DNA of 64,000 nt, from contig MTLY02000003.1 of the NCBI GenBank assembly GCA_002011035.2, positions 576,001 to 640,000 of the forward strand, given 5' to 3'. The notes below the pieces were generated by a model. The model worked only from the letters and a program-made list of their open reading frames with translations. It was not told where the DNA came from and did not search any database. A program made the position numbers and the translations under genes. Of the stretch, positions 45,770 through 56,339 are shown piece after piece. The stretch is from Candidatus Hecatella orcuttiae. Its GTDB lineage: Archaea > Thermoproteota > Bathyarchaeia > Hecatellales > Hecatellaceae. Within the stretch, counting starts at the first letter, position 1; every line of letters begins with the position of its first letter.

Positions 45770-45806
45770 CCTCCTCAAGCTTCAACCTGTTTTCCACAAT
45801 TTTTTT
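45758..45806 (+). terminator. Hairpin plus T-tract after atpB
   Basis: Perfect 10-bp stem GTTGAAGCTT/AAGCTTCAAC with a 9-nt loop, followed by T runs. Confidence 0.55.
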
Positions 45807-45863
45807 ACGACAAGACTGATATTCTTCTGCCTCCCTTTATGGTAAGGGGGAGGCTCTCTCAGC

Positions 45864-46406
45864 TTGGATCTGTTTGAGGCTTCAGATGAGAAGTTCGGCC
45901 AGAAACCTGTGAGAATGGTCGCCCTTAAACCTGTTCCCAGAATATCCGTGGCTCAGATGGAGCTGGGCCCCTGGGAGGCTGGGGAGAGGTTTGAGATTTC
46001 CCGCTGGGTGGCGGAGGAGCTGGTTGAAAGCGGGGTTGCCCAGCTTGAGTCGGAGGCGGAAAAACTGAGCCTCTTAGACCTCCAAAAAGCTCAGATAGTG
46101 GAAACCATGCAAGCCTCCCGGCGGCTTTCAACCCTGCCCGAAAACTTTTATCCCAAGCTTCGGAGATTTTTGAAAACGTTGAAGGAAGCAGGCTCCGGTA
46201 ACCCGGAGAAGAGGGCGGAGTTCGAGCAGGCTCTACGGTTGGGGATGGACATCCTCACCAGCAGGCTGAATAAGATCCTCCTCCTAGCTTCAGCTCCAGA
46301 ACAGTCTGAAGCCGCTGTGAGAAACCTCACCTGGGAGGAGAGGTTCCTCTACGAGAGGCTTTACCGCACGGTTGAGGAGTGGAAAGCCTCCGCGTTGAAA
46401 GTTTAA
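45864..46406 (+). CDS. GINS subunit (Gins23/Psf2-like)
   Basis: W.A..L...G, LSTLPENFY, RLNKI, NLTWEER; directly upstream of mcm. Confidence 0.8.
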   Translation: MDLFEASDEKFGQKPVRMVALKPVPRISVAQMELGPWEAGERFEISRWVAEELVESGVAQLESEAEKLSLLDLQKAQIVETMQASRRLSTLPENFYPKLRRFLKTLKEAGSGNPEKRAEFEQALRLGMDILTSRLNKILLLASAPEQSEAAVRNLTWEERFLYERLYRTVEEWKASALKV

Positions 46407-46418
46407 GGTCTGGTCCCT

Positions 46419-48452
46419 ATGGCTAGAGTGCTAGTAGACCCTTTGGAAAAGTTTCAGGAACTCTTCAAGAAGCCTGAATACCGGAAAATGATGAAGAAAA
46501 TGGCGGTGGAGGAAAAACGCTCCCTCTACCTAGACTTCGTAGATCTCTCCCTCTTCAGCAAAGAACTGGCCTCCATGCTCGTTGAAAAGCCTGAAGAATG
46601 CCTTAAACAGGCTTCCTTAGCCCTCCAAGCTCAGATGAGGATTGAGGATGCACAATATTCTGAAACAGCGGGAAAGCTCTATGTGAGGGTTAAAGGCCTA
46701 CCCCACAAGGTTCCCCTCCGGTCCATAGGCGCCAAGCACATTGAAAAAATGGCGTCCTTCGACGGCATCGTCGTCAGGTCAACGCCCATCAAGCCCCTGC
46801 TCATGGAGGCTATCTTCAAATGTAAATGCGGGGAGGAGATGACCATCCCCCAGCATGGGCCCTTCCTCCGGCAGCCCTCACGGTGCATGAACCCTTCATG
46901 CCGGAGAGAAAGCGGCTTTGAGCTTATCCCTGAAAAGTCCAAGTTCATGGACTTCCAAGAGTTGAGGGTTCAGGAGAGGCCTGAGGAGCTCCCCCCAGGC
47001 CAGCTTCCCCGCCATCTAGACGTTGTTTTGGAAGACGACGTGGTTGACTGCGCGAGGCCGGGAGACAGGGTTGTGGTAACAGGCATCGTCAGAGCCCGGC
47101 CTGAGGTTGTTCCCGGTAAGGGTCGGCTGAGGGCTTTCAACATCTTCGTGGACGCCAATTCCGTGGAAACCCTCGGGAAGGAGCTGGAAACCTTAGACCT
47201 CTCCTTGGAGGATGAGAAGAAAATTCTGGAACTCTCCAAGGATGCTTTCATCCACAAGAAGATCGTCGACTCCATCGCCCCCTCCATCTTCGGCTACGAA
47301 GACATCAAAGAGGCCATTATGTACCTCCTTTTCGGAGGCGTCCCCAAAGTGACACCTGAGGGGGTCACAATCCGGGGGGACGTACACATCCTCCTAGTGG
47401 GTGATCCGGGCACAGCCAAGTCCCAAATGCTCCGCTACGTGAGCAGGGTGTCCCCCCGAGGCCTTTACACCAGCGGAAGAGGAACTACAGCCGCAGGGTT
47501 AACGGCGGCGGTCCTCAGGGAAAAGGCAGGAGGAATGGTTCTCGAAGCAGGAGCCTTGGTTCTGGCTGACAAGGGCGTGGCGGCGGTGGACGAGATCGAC
47601 AAGATGAGGGACGAGGATCGGGTGGCCATGCATGAAATGATGGAGCAGCAGACCGTCAGCGTGGCCAAGGGAGGCATCGTAGCCACCCTCAACGCTAGGA
47701 CTTCCATCATGGCCGCGGCCAACCCTAAGCTAGGAAGGTATGAGGACCGGCTTTCGGTGGCTGAAAACATCAACATACCCTTGGTCATTCTTTCAAGGTT
47801 CGACCTCATCTTCATCCAGCGAGACCTGCCGGACAAGGACTTGGACGACAGGCTGGCCGACCACATCCTCCGGTCTCACAGGGCTGGAGGCGCGGAGGCT
47901 TCCCCCATACCCCCCGAGCTTCTCAGGAAATACATAACCTACGCCAGGTCGAGGGTTACCCCCAAGCTGAGCCAGGAGGCCGCTGAGCATCTTAAGCAGT
48001 TTTACTTGAAGATGAGGGAACGCTCTGGAGGCGCGGAGGGCTCCCCCATAGCCATAACCCCCCGGCAGCTGGAGGCTTTGGTCAGAATTTCCGAGGCCAG
48101 AGCCAGAGCCGCGCTGAGGGAGGAGGTTACCGCTGTGGATGCTGAGGCGGCTATTCAGATAATGAAAAAATCCCTTCAGGCTGTGGGTGCCTTGGGTGCT
48201 GAGGCGGGGGACATTGACATCATCATGACCGGGCGGCCTGCCACGGTTCGGGAAGGCATCGCCAGCGTGCTGATGCTGGTGGGGGAGATGGAGAAGAAGT
48301 TTGAAGAAGTGGAGTTGGAGGAACTCTACCGGAGGCTGGAAGAGGAATACAACATAGAACGGAGGGCGGCTGAAGAGTACGTGAGAAAGATGATCAGCCA
48401 AGGCCTCCTCTATTCTCCCCGAACCGGCTACGTCAAAAAAGCTCGAGGCTGA
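46419..48452 (+). CDS. mcm: Replicative helicase MCM
   Basis: Zn finger, GDPGTAKSQ, GLTAAV, DEIDKM, SRFD, ITPRQLE; no intein. Confidence 0.97.
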   Translation: MARVLVDPLEKFQELFKKPEYRKMMKKMAVEEKRSLYLDFVDLSLFSKELASMLVEKPEECLKQASLALQAQMRIEDAQYSETAGKLYVRVKGLPHKVPLRSIGAKHIEKMASFDGIVVRSTPIKPLLMEAIFKCKCGEEMTIPQHGPFLRQPSRCMNPSCRRESGFELIPEKSKFMDFQELRVQERPEELPPGQLPRHLDVVLEDDVVDCARPGDRVVVTGIVRARPEVVPGKGRLRAFNIFVDANSVETLGKELETLDLSLEDEKKILELSKDAFIHKKIVDSIAPSIFGYEDIKEAIMYLLFGGVPKVTPEGVTIRGDVHILLVGDPGTAKSQMLRYVSRVSPRGLYTSGRGTTAAGLTAAVLREKAGGMVLEAGALVLADKGVAAVDEIDKMRDEDRVAMHEMMEQQTVSVAKGGIVATLNARTSIMAAANPKLGRYEDRLSVAENINIPLVILSRFDLIFIQRDLPDKDLDDRLADHILRSHRAGGAEASPIPPELLRKYITYARSRVTPKLSQEAAEHLKQFYLKMRERSGGAEGSPIAITPRQLEALVRISEARARAALREEVTAVDAEAAIQIMKKSLQAVGALGAEAGDIDIIMTGRPATVREGIASVLMLVGEMEKKFEEVELEELYRRLEEEYNIERRAAEEYVRKMISQGLLYSPRTGYVKKARG

Positions 48453-48478
48453 AAAACCTCGGCTAAACTCGGTGTCAG

Positions 48479-50734
48479 GTGTTGCTGATCGACGACTTAG
48501 ACATTCCTCCAGAGGTTAAGGAGGTTCTGGCGAAAAGCGGCTACAGGGAGCTTTACCCTCCCCAGGAAATGGCCGTGAAAAAAGGCGCCTTGGAAGGGAG
48601 ACGGCTCGTGCTGGCAAGCCCTACGGCTTCAGGCAAGACCCTCGTATCCGAGCTCTGCGCCCTCAAGCACATCATGGAAAGAGGCGGCAAAGTCCTCTAT
48701 CTGACTCCCCTCAGAGCCTTGGCTGCTGAAAAATACGCTGACTTCCAGAAATACCGGAAACTGGAGAAGCGGGGTGGGGGAAAAATTCGCGTAGCCCTCT
48801 CCACGGGGGACTACGACAGCAGCGACCCTCACCTCGCCCGCTACGACCTCATCGTCACCACCAACGAGAAGGCGGACAGCCTTCTGAGGCACAGGGCTGA
48901 GTGGATGGGAAGCGTCTCCCTGCTGGTGGCCGACGAAGTTCACCTACTCCACGAACCCGACAGAGGGCCGACCCTCGAAGTCACGCTGACGAGGCTTAAG
49001 CAGCTGAGTCCTCAGCTTCAAATCCTAGCCCTCAGCGCCACCATCGAAAACGCGGAGGAAATAGCCGAATGGCTTGAGGCTGACTGCGTAGCCTTGGACT
49101 GGAGGCCTGTGCCCCTCAGGGAGGGAGTCCACCTCTACGACGAAGTCCAGTTTAAAGACGGAGGCTCCCGGAAGGTTTCAAGGCTGCATCCCAACTCCGC
49201 GGTGAACCTCGCTCTTCAAACTGTGAAAGAAGGCGGACAGGCTCTCATCTTCGCCGAAGCCCGCAGGGTCGCGGTGAACCTCGCCCAGAAGGCTGTTCAC
49301 CCTGTTAAGAAGCTGCTTTCCAAGAGCGAGCTACGGGTGTTGAAGAAAATCTCCGAGGAAATCCTAAGCGTGGGGGAGAGAACTCAGCTCAGCGAAACTC
49401 TGTCCAGCATGGTGGAGGGAGGCGTAGCGGTTCACCATGCTGGAATTCACGCTGCCCACCGGAAGATTGTGGAGGACAACTTCCGCCGGGGGCTGATAAA
49501 AATCGTAGCTGCCACCCCCACCTTGGCAGCAGGAGTCAACCTCCCAGCTCGGACGGTGGTCATCAACAGCTACATCCGCTACGAGCCCGGCCTAGGGCGG
49601 ACGGACATCCCTGTGTTCGAGTACAAGCAGATGGCGGGGAGGGCGGGAAGACCTCTCTACGACAAGGAGGGGGAAGCCATCCTTCTGGCTTCCACTCCCG
49701 ACGAGCATGAGTTTCTGATGGAGTACTACGTCTGCTCCAAGCCTGAGCGGATTTGGTCTAAGCTGGCGGTGGAGAGGGTTCTCCGCTCCCATGTTCTCGC
49801 AACCATCGCCTCAGGTTTCGCCAAGACTGAGCAGGGTCTCTCCGAGTTTTTCAACCAAACCTTCTACGCTCACCAGTATGGGGAGAAGATAGTTCAAAGG
49901 CCTGTGGGAGCCGCCTTAAACTATCTGGCGGAAAATGAACTGGTCTGCTATGAAGCCCGCCGCTTGGAGGCTACGCCTTTCGGGAAGAGAACCTCGGAAC
50001 TCTACATCGACCCTGTGACCGCCGTGGTTATGAAGCAGGCTTTCCTGCAGGAGGTTAAGCTGCCGACGGAAGTGGGGCTCCTTCATCTCATAGCCCACAC
50101 ACCGGATATTCTCCCACGGCTTTACCCCTACCGCCGGGAGATGGAGAGTTTAGAAAACTTCCTCCGGGAGCATGAGAGAGAACTTTTCTTCGACCCTCCT
50201 TCCCCTCAGGAAGACTTTGTGGAGTACGAGGACTTCTTGGGGGAGCTTAAATGCGTCAAGGTTCTTCACTACTGGATACAGGAAGCCAGAGAAAACGATC
50301 TGCTGGAGTTTTTCAGGGTGGAGCCCGGGGACCTCTACAGGCTGGTGGAGCGGGCTGAATGGCTTCTCTACGCTGCGGAGGAACTGGCTAAACTCTTCAA
50401 GCGGAAAGAACTTCTCCCCACCCTGTCCCAGCTGAGGCTCAGGGTTAAACACGGCGTTAAACCGGAGCTTCTCCCCTTGGTCGCCATCCCTGGTGTGGGG
50501 AGAATCAGAGCCAGAGCCCTCTACAACTCCGGCTTCAAGACGGTGGAAGACTTGAAACAGGCGTCTCTCCCCCAACTCACCTCGGTGCCCGGCATCGGCT
50601 TGAAGCTGGCGGAGGGAATCAAAGCCCACGTGGGAGGGTTGATCAAGCGGAAGGAGCTGGAGGCAGCCAGAGAGGCGGGTGTCCAAGAATCCCTAGAGGC
50701 CTTTGCCTCAGATAAAAAAGGTGGGGAAAATTAG
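48479..50734 (+). CDS. hel308: Ski2-like DNA helicase Hel308/Hjm
   Basis: PTASGKT, DEVH, LSAT, TLAAGVNLPA, QMAGRAGRP, GRIRARALY; PIP-like QESLEAF. Confidence 0.93.
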   Translation: MLLIDDLDIPPEVKEVLAKSGYRELYPPQEMAVKKGALEGRRLVLASPTASGKTLVSELCALKHIMERGGKVLYLTPLRALAAEKYADFQKYRKLEKRGGGKIRVALSTGDYDSSDPHLARYDLIVTTNEKADSLLRHRAEWMGSVSLLVADEVHLLHEPDRGPTLEVTLTRLKQLSPQLQILALSATIENAEEIAEWLEADCVALDWRPVPLREGVHLYDEVQFKDGGSRKVSRLHPNSAVNLALQTVKEGGQALIFAEARRVAVNLAQKAVHPVKKLLSKSELRVLKKISEEILSVGERTQLSETLSSMVEGGVAVHHAGIHAAHRKIVEDNFRRGLIKIVAATPTLAAGVNLPARTVVINSYIRYEPGLGRTDIPVFEYKQMAGRAGRPLYDKEGEAILLASTPDEHEFLMEYYVCSKPERIWSKLAVERVLRSHVLATIASGFAKTEQGLSEFFNQTFYAHQYGEKIVQRPVGAALNYLAENELVCYEARRLEATPFGKRTSELYIDPVTAVVMKQAFLQEVKLPTEVGLLHLIAHTPDILPRLYPYRREMESLENFLREHERELFFDPPSPQEDFVEYEDFLGELKCVKVLHYWIQEARENDLLEFFRVEPGDLYRLVERAEWLLYAAEELAKLFKRKELLPTLSQLRLRVKHGVKPELLPLVAIPGVGRIRARALYNSGFKTVEDLKQASLPQLTSVPGIGLKLAEGIKAHVGGLIKRKELEAAREAGVQESLEAFASDKKGGEN

Positions 50735-50739
50735 GCTGA

Positions 50740-52113
50740 CTATTTCAGCCAAGGATAGAGTTCTTCCAGTTTTTTGATGCTCTGCTTTATCTTTTCCTCT
50801 GGGTAGGAGTAGTCCGGTAGCTTCCTTTCAAAGTAAGCGTCGTAGGCGGACATGTCGAAGTGGCCGTGGCCGCAGAGGTTGAAAGCTAAAACCTTCTCTT
50901 CACCCTTCCGCTTGCATTCTAAGGCCTCATCCACCACCGCCTTGATGGCGTAGGAGGGCTCGGGAGCTGGAATGATGCCCTCTGTCTTGGTGAACAAAAC
51001 AGCCGCCTGGAAGACTTCGTTTTGAAGATAAGCCTTAGCCTCCATGACCCCCTTGTGGACGAGCAGCGACAAGATGGGCGCGTCGCCGTGATACCTCAGC
51101 CCTCCCGCATGAATGGGCTCGGGCACAAAGTCGTGGCCCAGAGTGTACATTTTGACGAGGGGTATCAGCCTAGCCGAATCACCGTGGTCGTAGCGGTAGG
51201 GGCCCTTCGTCAAGGTAGGGCAAGCAGCCGGCTCCACGGCCACAGCCCTCAGCTCTTTCTTTTCCCCATGCATCTTCTCGCGGAGGAAGGGGTAGGAGAA
51301 ACCTGAGAAGCTGCTTCCCCCGCCCACGCAGCCGAACATGATGTCCGGGTACTCGTCTATCTGCTGAAACTGCTTCTGTAGCTCCAAGCCTATGACCGTC
51401 TGGTGGAGGAGCACATGGTTCACCACGCTGCCCAAAGTATATTTCGTATCCTCATGGGTTACAGCGTCGTTGACGGCTTCACTGATGGAAATGCCTAAAC
51501 TTCCCGGGCATTTAGGGTCCCGTTCTAGGATTTTTCTCCCCGCCTCAGTGCGGGTGCTGGGACTCGGGATAACCTCCGCATTCCACACCTGCATCATCGT
51601 CTTCCGGTAAGGCTTCTGGTAGTAGCTGGCTTTAACCATGTAAACCGTGCACTTCAGATCGAACATGGCGCAGGCGAAGGCCAAGGCGCTGCCCCACTGG
51701 CCGGCTCCGGTTTCAGTAGTCAGCCTCCTGGTTCCCTCTTTCAAGTTGTAGTAGGCTTGAGCTATGGCGGTGTTGGGTTTATGGCTCCCCGGCGGGCTGA
51801 CGCCTTCCCATTTGTAGTAGATTCTCGCAGGAGTGTTCAACGCTTTTTCCAGCCCGTAGGCGCGGTAGAGGGGTGTAGGCCTCCACATCCGGTATATTTC
51901 CCTAACCTCCTCGGGAATGGGAATCCAGCGTTCGGAGCTGACCTCCTGCCTGATGAGCTCCTTGGCAAACACCGCCTCTAAGTCCTCGGGGCGCACAGGT
52001 TCTTTGGTCTGAGGGTTTATCAGCGGAGGCAATGGCTCTGGAAGGTCGGGAAGGATGTTATACCATTCTTTGGGGATTTCTTCCTCATCCAGCTGAATCT
52101 TTTTACGCGACAA
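50740..52113 (-). CDS. trpB2: Tryptophan synthase beta chain type 2 (stand-alone TrpB2)
   Basis: [44 protein letters not shown]. Confidence 0.93.
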   Translation of the reverse strand: MSRKKIQLDEEEIPKEWYNILPDLPEPLPPLINPQTKEPVRPEDLEAVFAKELIRQEVSSERWIPIPEEVREIYRMWRPTPLYRAYGLEKALNTPARIYYKWEGVSPPGSHKPNTAIAQAYYNLKEGTRRLTTETGAGQWGSALAFACAMFDLKCTVYMVKASYYQKPYRKTMMQVWNAEVIPSPSTRTEAGRKILERDPKCPGSLGISISEAVNDAVTHEDTKYTLGSVVNHVLLHQTVIGLELQKQFQQIDEYPDIMFGCVGGGSSFSGFSYPFLREKMHGEKKELRAVAVEPAACPTLTKGPYRYDHGDSARLIPLVKMYTLGHDFVPEPIHAGGLRYHGDAPILSLLVHKGVMEAKAYLQNEVFQAAVLFTKTEGIIPAPEPSYAIKAVVDEALECKRKGEEKVLAFNLCGHGHFDMSAYDAYFERKLPDYSYPEEKIKQSIKKLEELYPWLK

Positions 52114-52174
52114 ACAATCACCCTTAAATCTTTTAGGGATGAAATTCCTTTAAAACCCCTGAACTATTTAAGTT

Positions 52175-52762
52175 TTGGGAAGGAGAGGAAAAATCTTCAA
52201 GGTCATCTACATCACCGGCACCCCCGGGACGGGGAAAACCACGGTGGCGTCAGCGCTCGCAGCCTCAACCGGAAGCCGCCACGTGGACCTAGGTAAACTC
52301 TCCGTGGAAAAAGGACTAATCCTCCGCCGTGACCCCCTGAGGAAAACCGGCGTCGTAGACCTAGAAAAGCTAAGCCGCTTCCTCGGAAAACACTTCCAAT
52401 CGGAAAAAAGGAACCTGATTCTTCAAGCTCATTTCTCTGCGAAGCTTCCCCCCAAGCTGAAGCCAAAAAGCGTCTTGGTTCTCCGATGCGAACCCGGTGA
52501 ACTGGCCGAAAGGCTGAAGACCAAAGGCTTTCCAGCGGAGAAGATTTCAGAGAACATCTGGGCTGAAATTCTGGATTACTGCCTCCAAGAAGCTCTACAC
52601 GTCTACGGCCCCTCCAGAATTCATGAAATCGACACCACTGGAAGAAAGGTGGAAGAGGTGGTGGCTGAAGCCTTGGCGGTTTTGGAAGAGCGGAAAAAGC
52701 CGCAAATCGGAGTCTGCCACTGGCTTCAGTCTCAAAAAATAGACCGAAAATTTGCCAGTTAA
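52175..52762 (+). CDS. Adenylate kinase 6 / Fap7-family P-loop kinase
   Basis: ITGTPGTGKTT, VLRC.P..L..RL, ENIWAE, IDTT. Confidence 0.88.
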   Translation: MGRRGKIFKVIYITGTPGTGKTTVASALAASTGSRHVDLGKLSVEKGLILRRDPLRKTGVVDLEKLSRFLGKHFQSEKRNLILQAHFSAKLPPKLKPKSVLVLRCEPGELAERLKTKGFPAEKISENIWAEILDYCLQEALHVYGPSRIHEIDTTGRKVEEVVAEALAVLEERKKPQIGVCHWLQSQKIDRKFAS

Positions 52763-52777
52763 AAAAGGCTGACATCG

Positions 52778-53002
52778 GTGGGAAAGACGAGATATCTGAT
52801 TTTCCCTTGCGTTGCTTGCGGAAGACCTGCCATATGCAGGGAAGGCCAGAAAATCAAGGTTTGCCCCTTTTGCGGAGCGAAAACCAAGCTGGCTGGAGTC
52901 AGGTGCTTGGGCAGAGCTTCCTCTCCGCGGGAAGCGAAGGAACTCATTTCAAGGCTTAAGCTTCAAGCATCCCCCCGTAAGGGTGAAAGGCGGCGGGTAT
53001 AG
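52778..53002 (+). CDS. Small zinc-ribbon protein (DUF1922-like)
   Basis: CVAC...CPFC, then S.REA..L. Confidence 0.7.
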   Translation: MGKTRYLIFPCVACGRPAICREGQKIKVCPFCGAKTKLAGVRCLGRASSPREAKELISRLKLQASPRKGERRRV

Positions 53003-53117
53003 TAAAACTCGGAAAAAAAGACAGCGTCGTCAATTGTAGGGGGAAGGCTCCGTTAAACATGTATATAGCACAGCTATTATTTAATTGAAAGCAACTCTGC
53101 GTTGAGGCGCAAACATC

Positions 53118-53537
53118 ATGTCCTCTTTAGGGGCGAAGAAATTCTTCGAAGAAATGGCTTCCCTCCTCCAAAAGCCCATCACCATCGTAACGACCTCCGA
53201 CAAACAGTACACAGGAAACCTAGTCGGCTTCGACCCCGCCAGCCTCAGCCTCTGCCTGTCCGATGTGAGGGATGAGGACGGGAAAGTCCTCCCCAAGCTC
53301 TTCATCTACGGGCAGACAGTGGCTCGGATGTTCATCACGGAAAAACCCTTCGACCTCAAACGGTTGGCTGAGAGGCTGGACAAGGTTTTCCCCAAACTGG
53401 TGAAACTCTACGAGGATGCGGGAACCATCGTCGTCATGGACAAAATCAGGCTAACCTCTGAAGGCGTGGTCGAAGGCTCAGGTCCCGCTGCGGAAAGAAC
53501 CCGGAAAGTCTACGAAGAATTCATAAAAGGAGCCTGA
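53118..53537 (+). CDS. Lsm/Sm-like RNA-binding protein with C-terminal domain (SmAP3 type)
   Basis: YTGNLVGFD Sm1 motif, FDL..LAE.L..VFP, GSGPAAER. Confidence 0.88.
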   Translation: MSSLGAKKFFEEMASLLQKPITIVTTSDKQYTGNLVGFDPASLSLCLSDVRDEDGKVLPKLFIYGQTVARMFITEKPFDLKRLAERLDKVFPKLVKLYEDAGTIVVMDKIRLTSEGVVEGSGPAAERTRKVYEEFIKGA

Positions 53538-53999
53538 ATGGGCTGCGGGGAACCAACTCCAAGGAGCCTGAGCAGCTTGGAGGCTAAACACTCCTCTACA
53601 AGCGCCTTGGAAAAACTCGTCAAGGACTTTCTCCGGCAGAAAATCTTCGCCGTGGTAGGCGCCTCCAGAGAAGCTGAAAAATACGGCCATAAAATCTACA
53701 AAAACCTCAAAGCCAAAGGCTACAAGGTCTACCCAGTTAATCCGAAAACCCGAGAAATCTCAGGAGACCCATGCTATCCGAGCTTAGCGGAGTTGCCTGA
53801 AAAACCTGATGTGGTGGACATCGTAGTGCCTCCTCCCGTAGCCTTCACCGTGGTGAAGGACTGTAAAGCCTTGGGCCTAGAGCGGATTTGGCTTCAACCA
53901 AGCTCGGAGTCGCAGGATGTCCTTCGCTATTGTGCGCAGGAAGGTTTGAAGTGCATCCATGGAGTCTGCATAATGGAGGAAAGCGATAAACTGGCGTAG
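53538..53999 (+). CDS. CoA-binding protein (YccU/YneT-like)
   Basis: AVVGAS, YPVNP, YPSL, DVVD..VPP, IWLQP. Confidence 0.9.
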   Translation: MGCGEPTPRSLSSLEAKHSSTSALEKLVKDFLRQKIFAVVGASREAEKYGHKIYKNLKAKGYKVYPVNPKTREISGDPCYPSLAELPEKPDVVDIVVPPPVAFTVVKDCKALGLERIWLQPSSESQDVLRYCAQEGLKCIHGVCIMEESDKLA

Positions 54000-54025
54000 C
54001 ATGCACGCTGAGAGCAGGATGTCGC

Positions 54026-55558
54026 TCAGCTGTTTTCTTTTTCTTTGTTAAGCCACTCAGCCATGAGGGTGTTCATTCCGCTGAGGACGGCTTCCACGCT
54101 GGCCATGACGATGTCGCCTCGGGCGCCGCTGGCCGTCACCGTCCTGTCCCCTCTCCTGAGCTTTACGATGACCTCCACGACAGCGTCTGTTCCGCCGGTG
54201 ATGGATTTGACATGGTATTCCTCCAAGGTTATGTCCGCTATGGAGGCGCCCAGTTTCTTGATGGCGTTGATGGCTGCGTCCACAGGGCCTATGCCTATGC
54301 CCGCTTCCACAACCTCCCTCCCGTCCACCTCCAGCTTCACCGAGGCTGTGGGAGTAACCTTATCGCCGGTTACAACGGTAAGCTCCTTCAGGACGATGGT
54401 CCTCTTGGAGGGTAGTCCTAGCACAGCTTCGGCGATGGCTTGAAGGTCGCTGTCGGTGACGGTTTTACCTCTGTCCCCCAGCTTCTTGACTCTGAGAAAG
54501 ATCTCGTTCAACTGCTCGGGGGTAGGCTTCAGCCCCAGCTCCCTCAAAAGAGCCTCGATGCCGGCTGAGCCCACATGCTTCCCTACGACCAGTCTTCTTT
54601 TCACCCCTACGACGTCGGGGGATAGAGGCTCGTAGGTGAGGGGGTGGGAAAGAATGGCGTGCACGTGGATGCCGGATTCGTGGGCGAAGGCATTATCCCC
54701 CACCACCGCCTTGTTGGGTTGGACGTTGACCCCTGTCAGCCTTGAAACCAGCCTCGAAACCTCGTAGAGCTTGTTAAACGTGATCGAGCTGTCTAGGTTG
54801 AGGAGATACCGCGCTCCCACCACCACTTCTTCTAGCGCCGCGTTGCCGGCTCTCTCCCCTAGGCCGTTGACGGTCACATGGGCTTGGTCAGCGCCAGCTC
54901 GGAGGCCCTCCAGCGTGTTGGCCACCGCCATGCCGAAGTCGTCGTGGCAGTGGATGCTGAGGGGAACTTGGAACTTTTCCCTAAGCTGGGATAGAAGGTC
55001 AAAAGCCTTAGGGGGAGTTAAGACTCCTACAGTGTCGCAGAGGCATATCCTATCGGCTCCCGCGGAAATTCCCTGCGAGAAAAACCTCTTCAGGAAATCC
55101 ACGTCGGTTCTGGACCCGTCCTCCGCTGAGAGCTCCACCACCAAGCCGTGGTCTTTGGCGTACTCCACCACCTCTTGGGATAGGCTTAAAATTTCCTCAG
55201 GCTCCTTTTTCAGCTTATATTTGAGGTGCAGCTGAGAGGTGGGCACCACTAGGTGGATGCTTTGAACTTCAGCTTTGAGCGCAGCGTCCACATCCCCTTT
55301 GTTGGCGCGGACCATGCTGCAGAGTTCAGCCTTCAATCCCTCCTTGGCCATCAGCCTCAAAGCCTGAAGGTCGCCTTCTGAAACCCGGGCGAATCCGCCT
55401 TCGATAACATTCACGCCCAATTCGTCGAGCATATGGGCTATTCTGAGTTTCTTTTCCGGTGTGAGGGAAACCCCCGGCATCTGTTCGCCGTCTCGGAGGG
55501 TTGTGTCAAAAATTTTTATTCGCTTAGGCTTCTCGGATTTGGGTTTAAATAAAATTAT
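54026..55558 (-). CDS. 2-isopropylmalate/citramalate synthase family (LeuA/CimA) with regulatory domain; start codon unresolved
   Basis: The frame extends upstream of the tracked ATG 55480 through [12 protein letters not shown]; also HCHDD, GERAGN, HESGIH and GPVDA. Confidence 0.85.
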   Translation of the reverse strand: MILFKPKSEKPKRIKIFDTTLRDGEQMPGVSLTPEKKLRIAHMLDELGVNVIEGGFARVSEGDLQALRLMAKEGLKAELCSMVRANKGDVDAALKAEVQSIHLVVPTSQLHLKYKLKKEPEEILSLSQEVVEYAKDHGLVVELSAEDGSRTDVDFLKRFFSQGISAGADRICLCDTVGVLTPPKAFDLLSQLREKFQVPLSIHCHDDFGMAVANTLEGLRAGADQAHVTVNGLGERAGNAALEEVVVGARYLLNLDSSITFNKLYEVSRLVSRLTGVNVQPNKAVVGDNAFAHESGIHVHAILSHPLTYEPLSPDVVGVKRRLVVGKHVGSAGIEALLRELGLKPTPEQLNEIFLRVKKLGDRGKTVTDSDLQAIAEAVLGLPSKRTIVLKELTVVTGDKVTPTASVKLEVDGREVVEAGIGIGPVDAAINAIKKLGASIADITLEEYHVKSITGGTDAVVEVIVKLRRGDRTVTASGARGDIVMASVEAVLSGMNTLMAEWLNKEKENS

Positions 55559-55704
55559 CCCCCATTTTTTTCCCTCATGGTAGGCTTATAGCAGTGAAAC
55601 CATCCTTTACTCTCCCAACTCGTATTTAAGCCTATTGCAAAAGGGATCCCGTCAGCCTACAGAAATACCGGCCTACGCGCTCTCCCCAGTGTTCGTTTCC
55701 TGCG

Positions 55705-56271
55705 CTATGCTTCCTCTTCGTAGTGGATGACGCCTTCCTCTTCCAGCTTGGCGCTGAGGATCTTCACAGCCTCATAGACCTCGTCTTCCTTCTTCGCTCC
55801 CGTGCAGACAAGTTTTCCGCTGGAGAAGAGGAGAATGACAACCTTGGGTTTGTCCATGCGGTAGATGAGGCCTGGGAACTGTTCAGGCTCATACATGGTC
55901 CTGCTCAGGGAATAAGTAGCCTTTTCCAAGTCGATTCTCCCGCCGAGGCTGGCGGAGGCTACGATGTTCTGAATCTGAGTTTTAGGCTTCCCCATGATAA
56001 CGATGCCGTGGCTTTTCAGCTCCTTAACCACTTTCTCCACTGCCTTGATGGCGAGGCTTTCCGATTTAGCTCCGGTGCACACCATCTTCCCGGAGTTAAA
56101 AATCAGCGTGGCTGTCTTAGGCTTCTTCAGCCTGAAAACCAGCCCCGGAAACTGCTCCGGCCTGTACTCGGCGGTGGGGAAGAGTTTGGTGATGGCGTCC
56201 AAGTCCACGCTGTGGTCGAGGATGGCGGAAGCCACCACGTTTTCTATGTTGATCACAGGTTTTTTCGGCAA
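55705..56271 (-). CDS. tbp: TATA-box-binding protein
   Basis: Two repeats of NxVAS...YxPEQFPGL...F.SGK.VCTGAK. Confidence 0.97.
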   Translation of the reverse strand: MPKKPVINIENVVASAILDHSVDLDAITKLFPTAEYRPEQFPGLVFRLKKPKTATLIFNSGKMVCTGAKSESLAIKAVEKVVKELKSHGIVIMGKPKTQIQNIVASASLGGRIDLEKATYSLSRTMYEPEQFPGLIYRMDKPKVVILLFSSGKLVCTGAKKEDEVYEAVKILSAKLEEEGVIHYEEEA

Positions 56272-56339
56272 ACCGGCTTTTCACCCAGCATTGTAACGTC
56301 TTTAAATATCCAAAACCTAATTAGATATAAAAAGGTTGA

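Noticed and set aside
45014-45778. Long antisense ORFs (e.g. 254 aa opposite atpB, 216 aa opposite cdhC, 222 aa opposite moeA)
   Set aside because: These are shadow frames of GC-rich conserved genes and carry no motifs.
42576-48452. Inteins in AtpA or MCM
   Set aside because: Both proteins are normal length with uninterrupted motifs.
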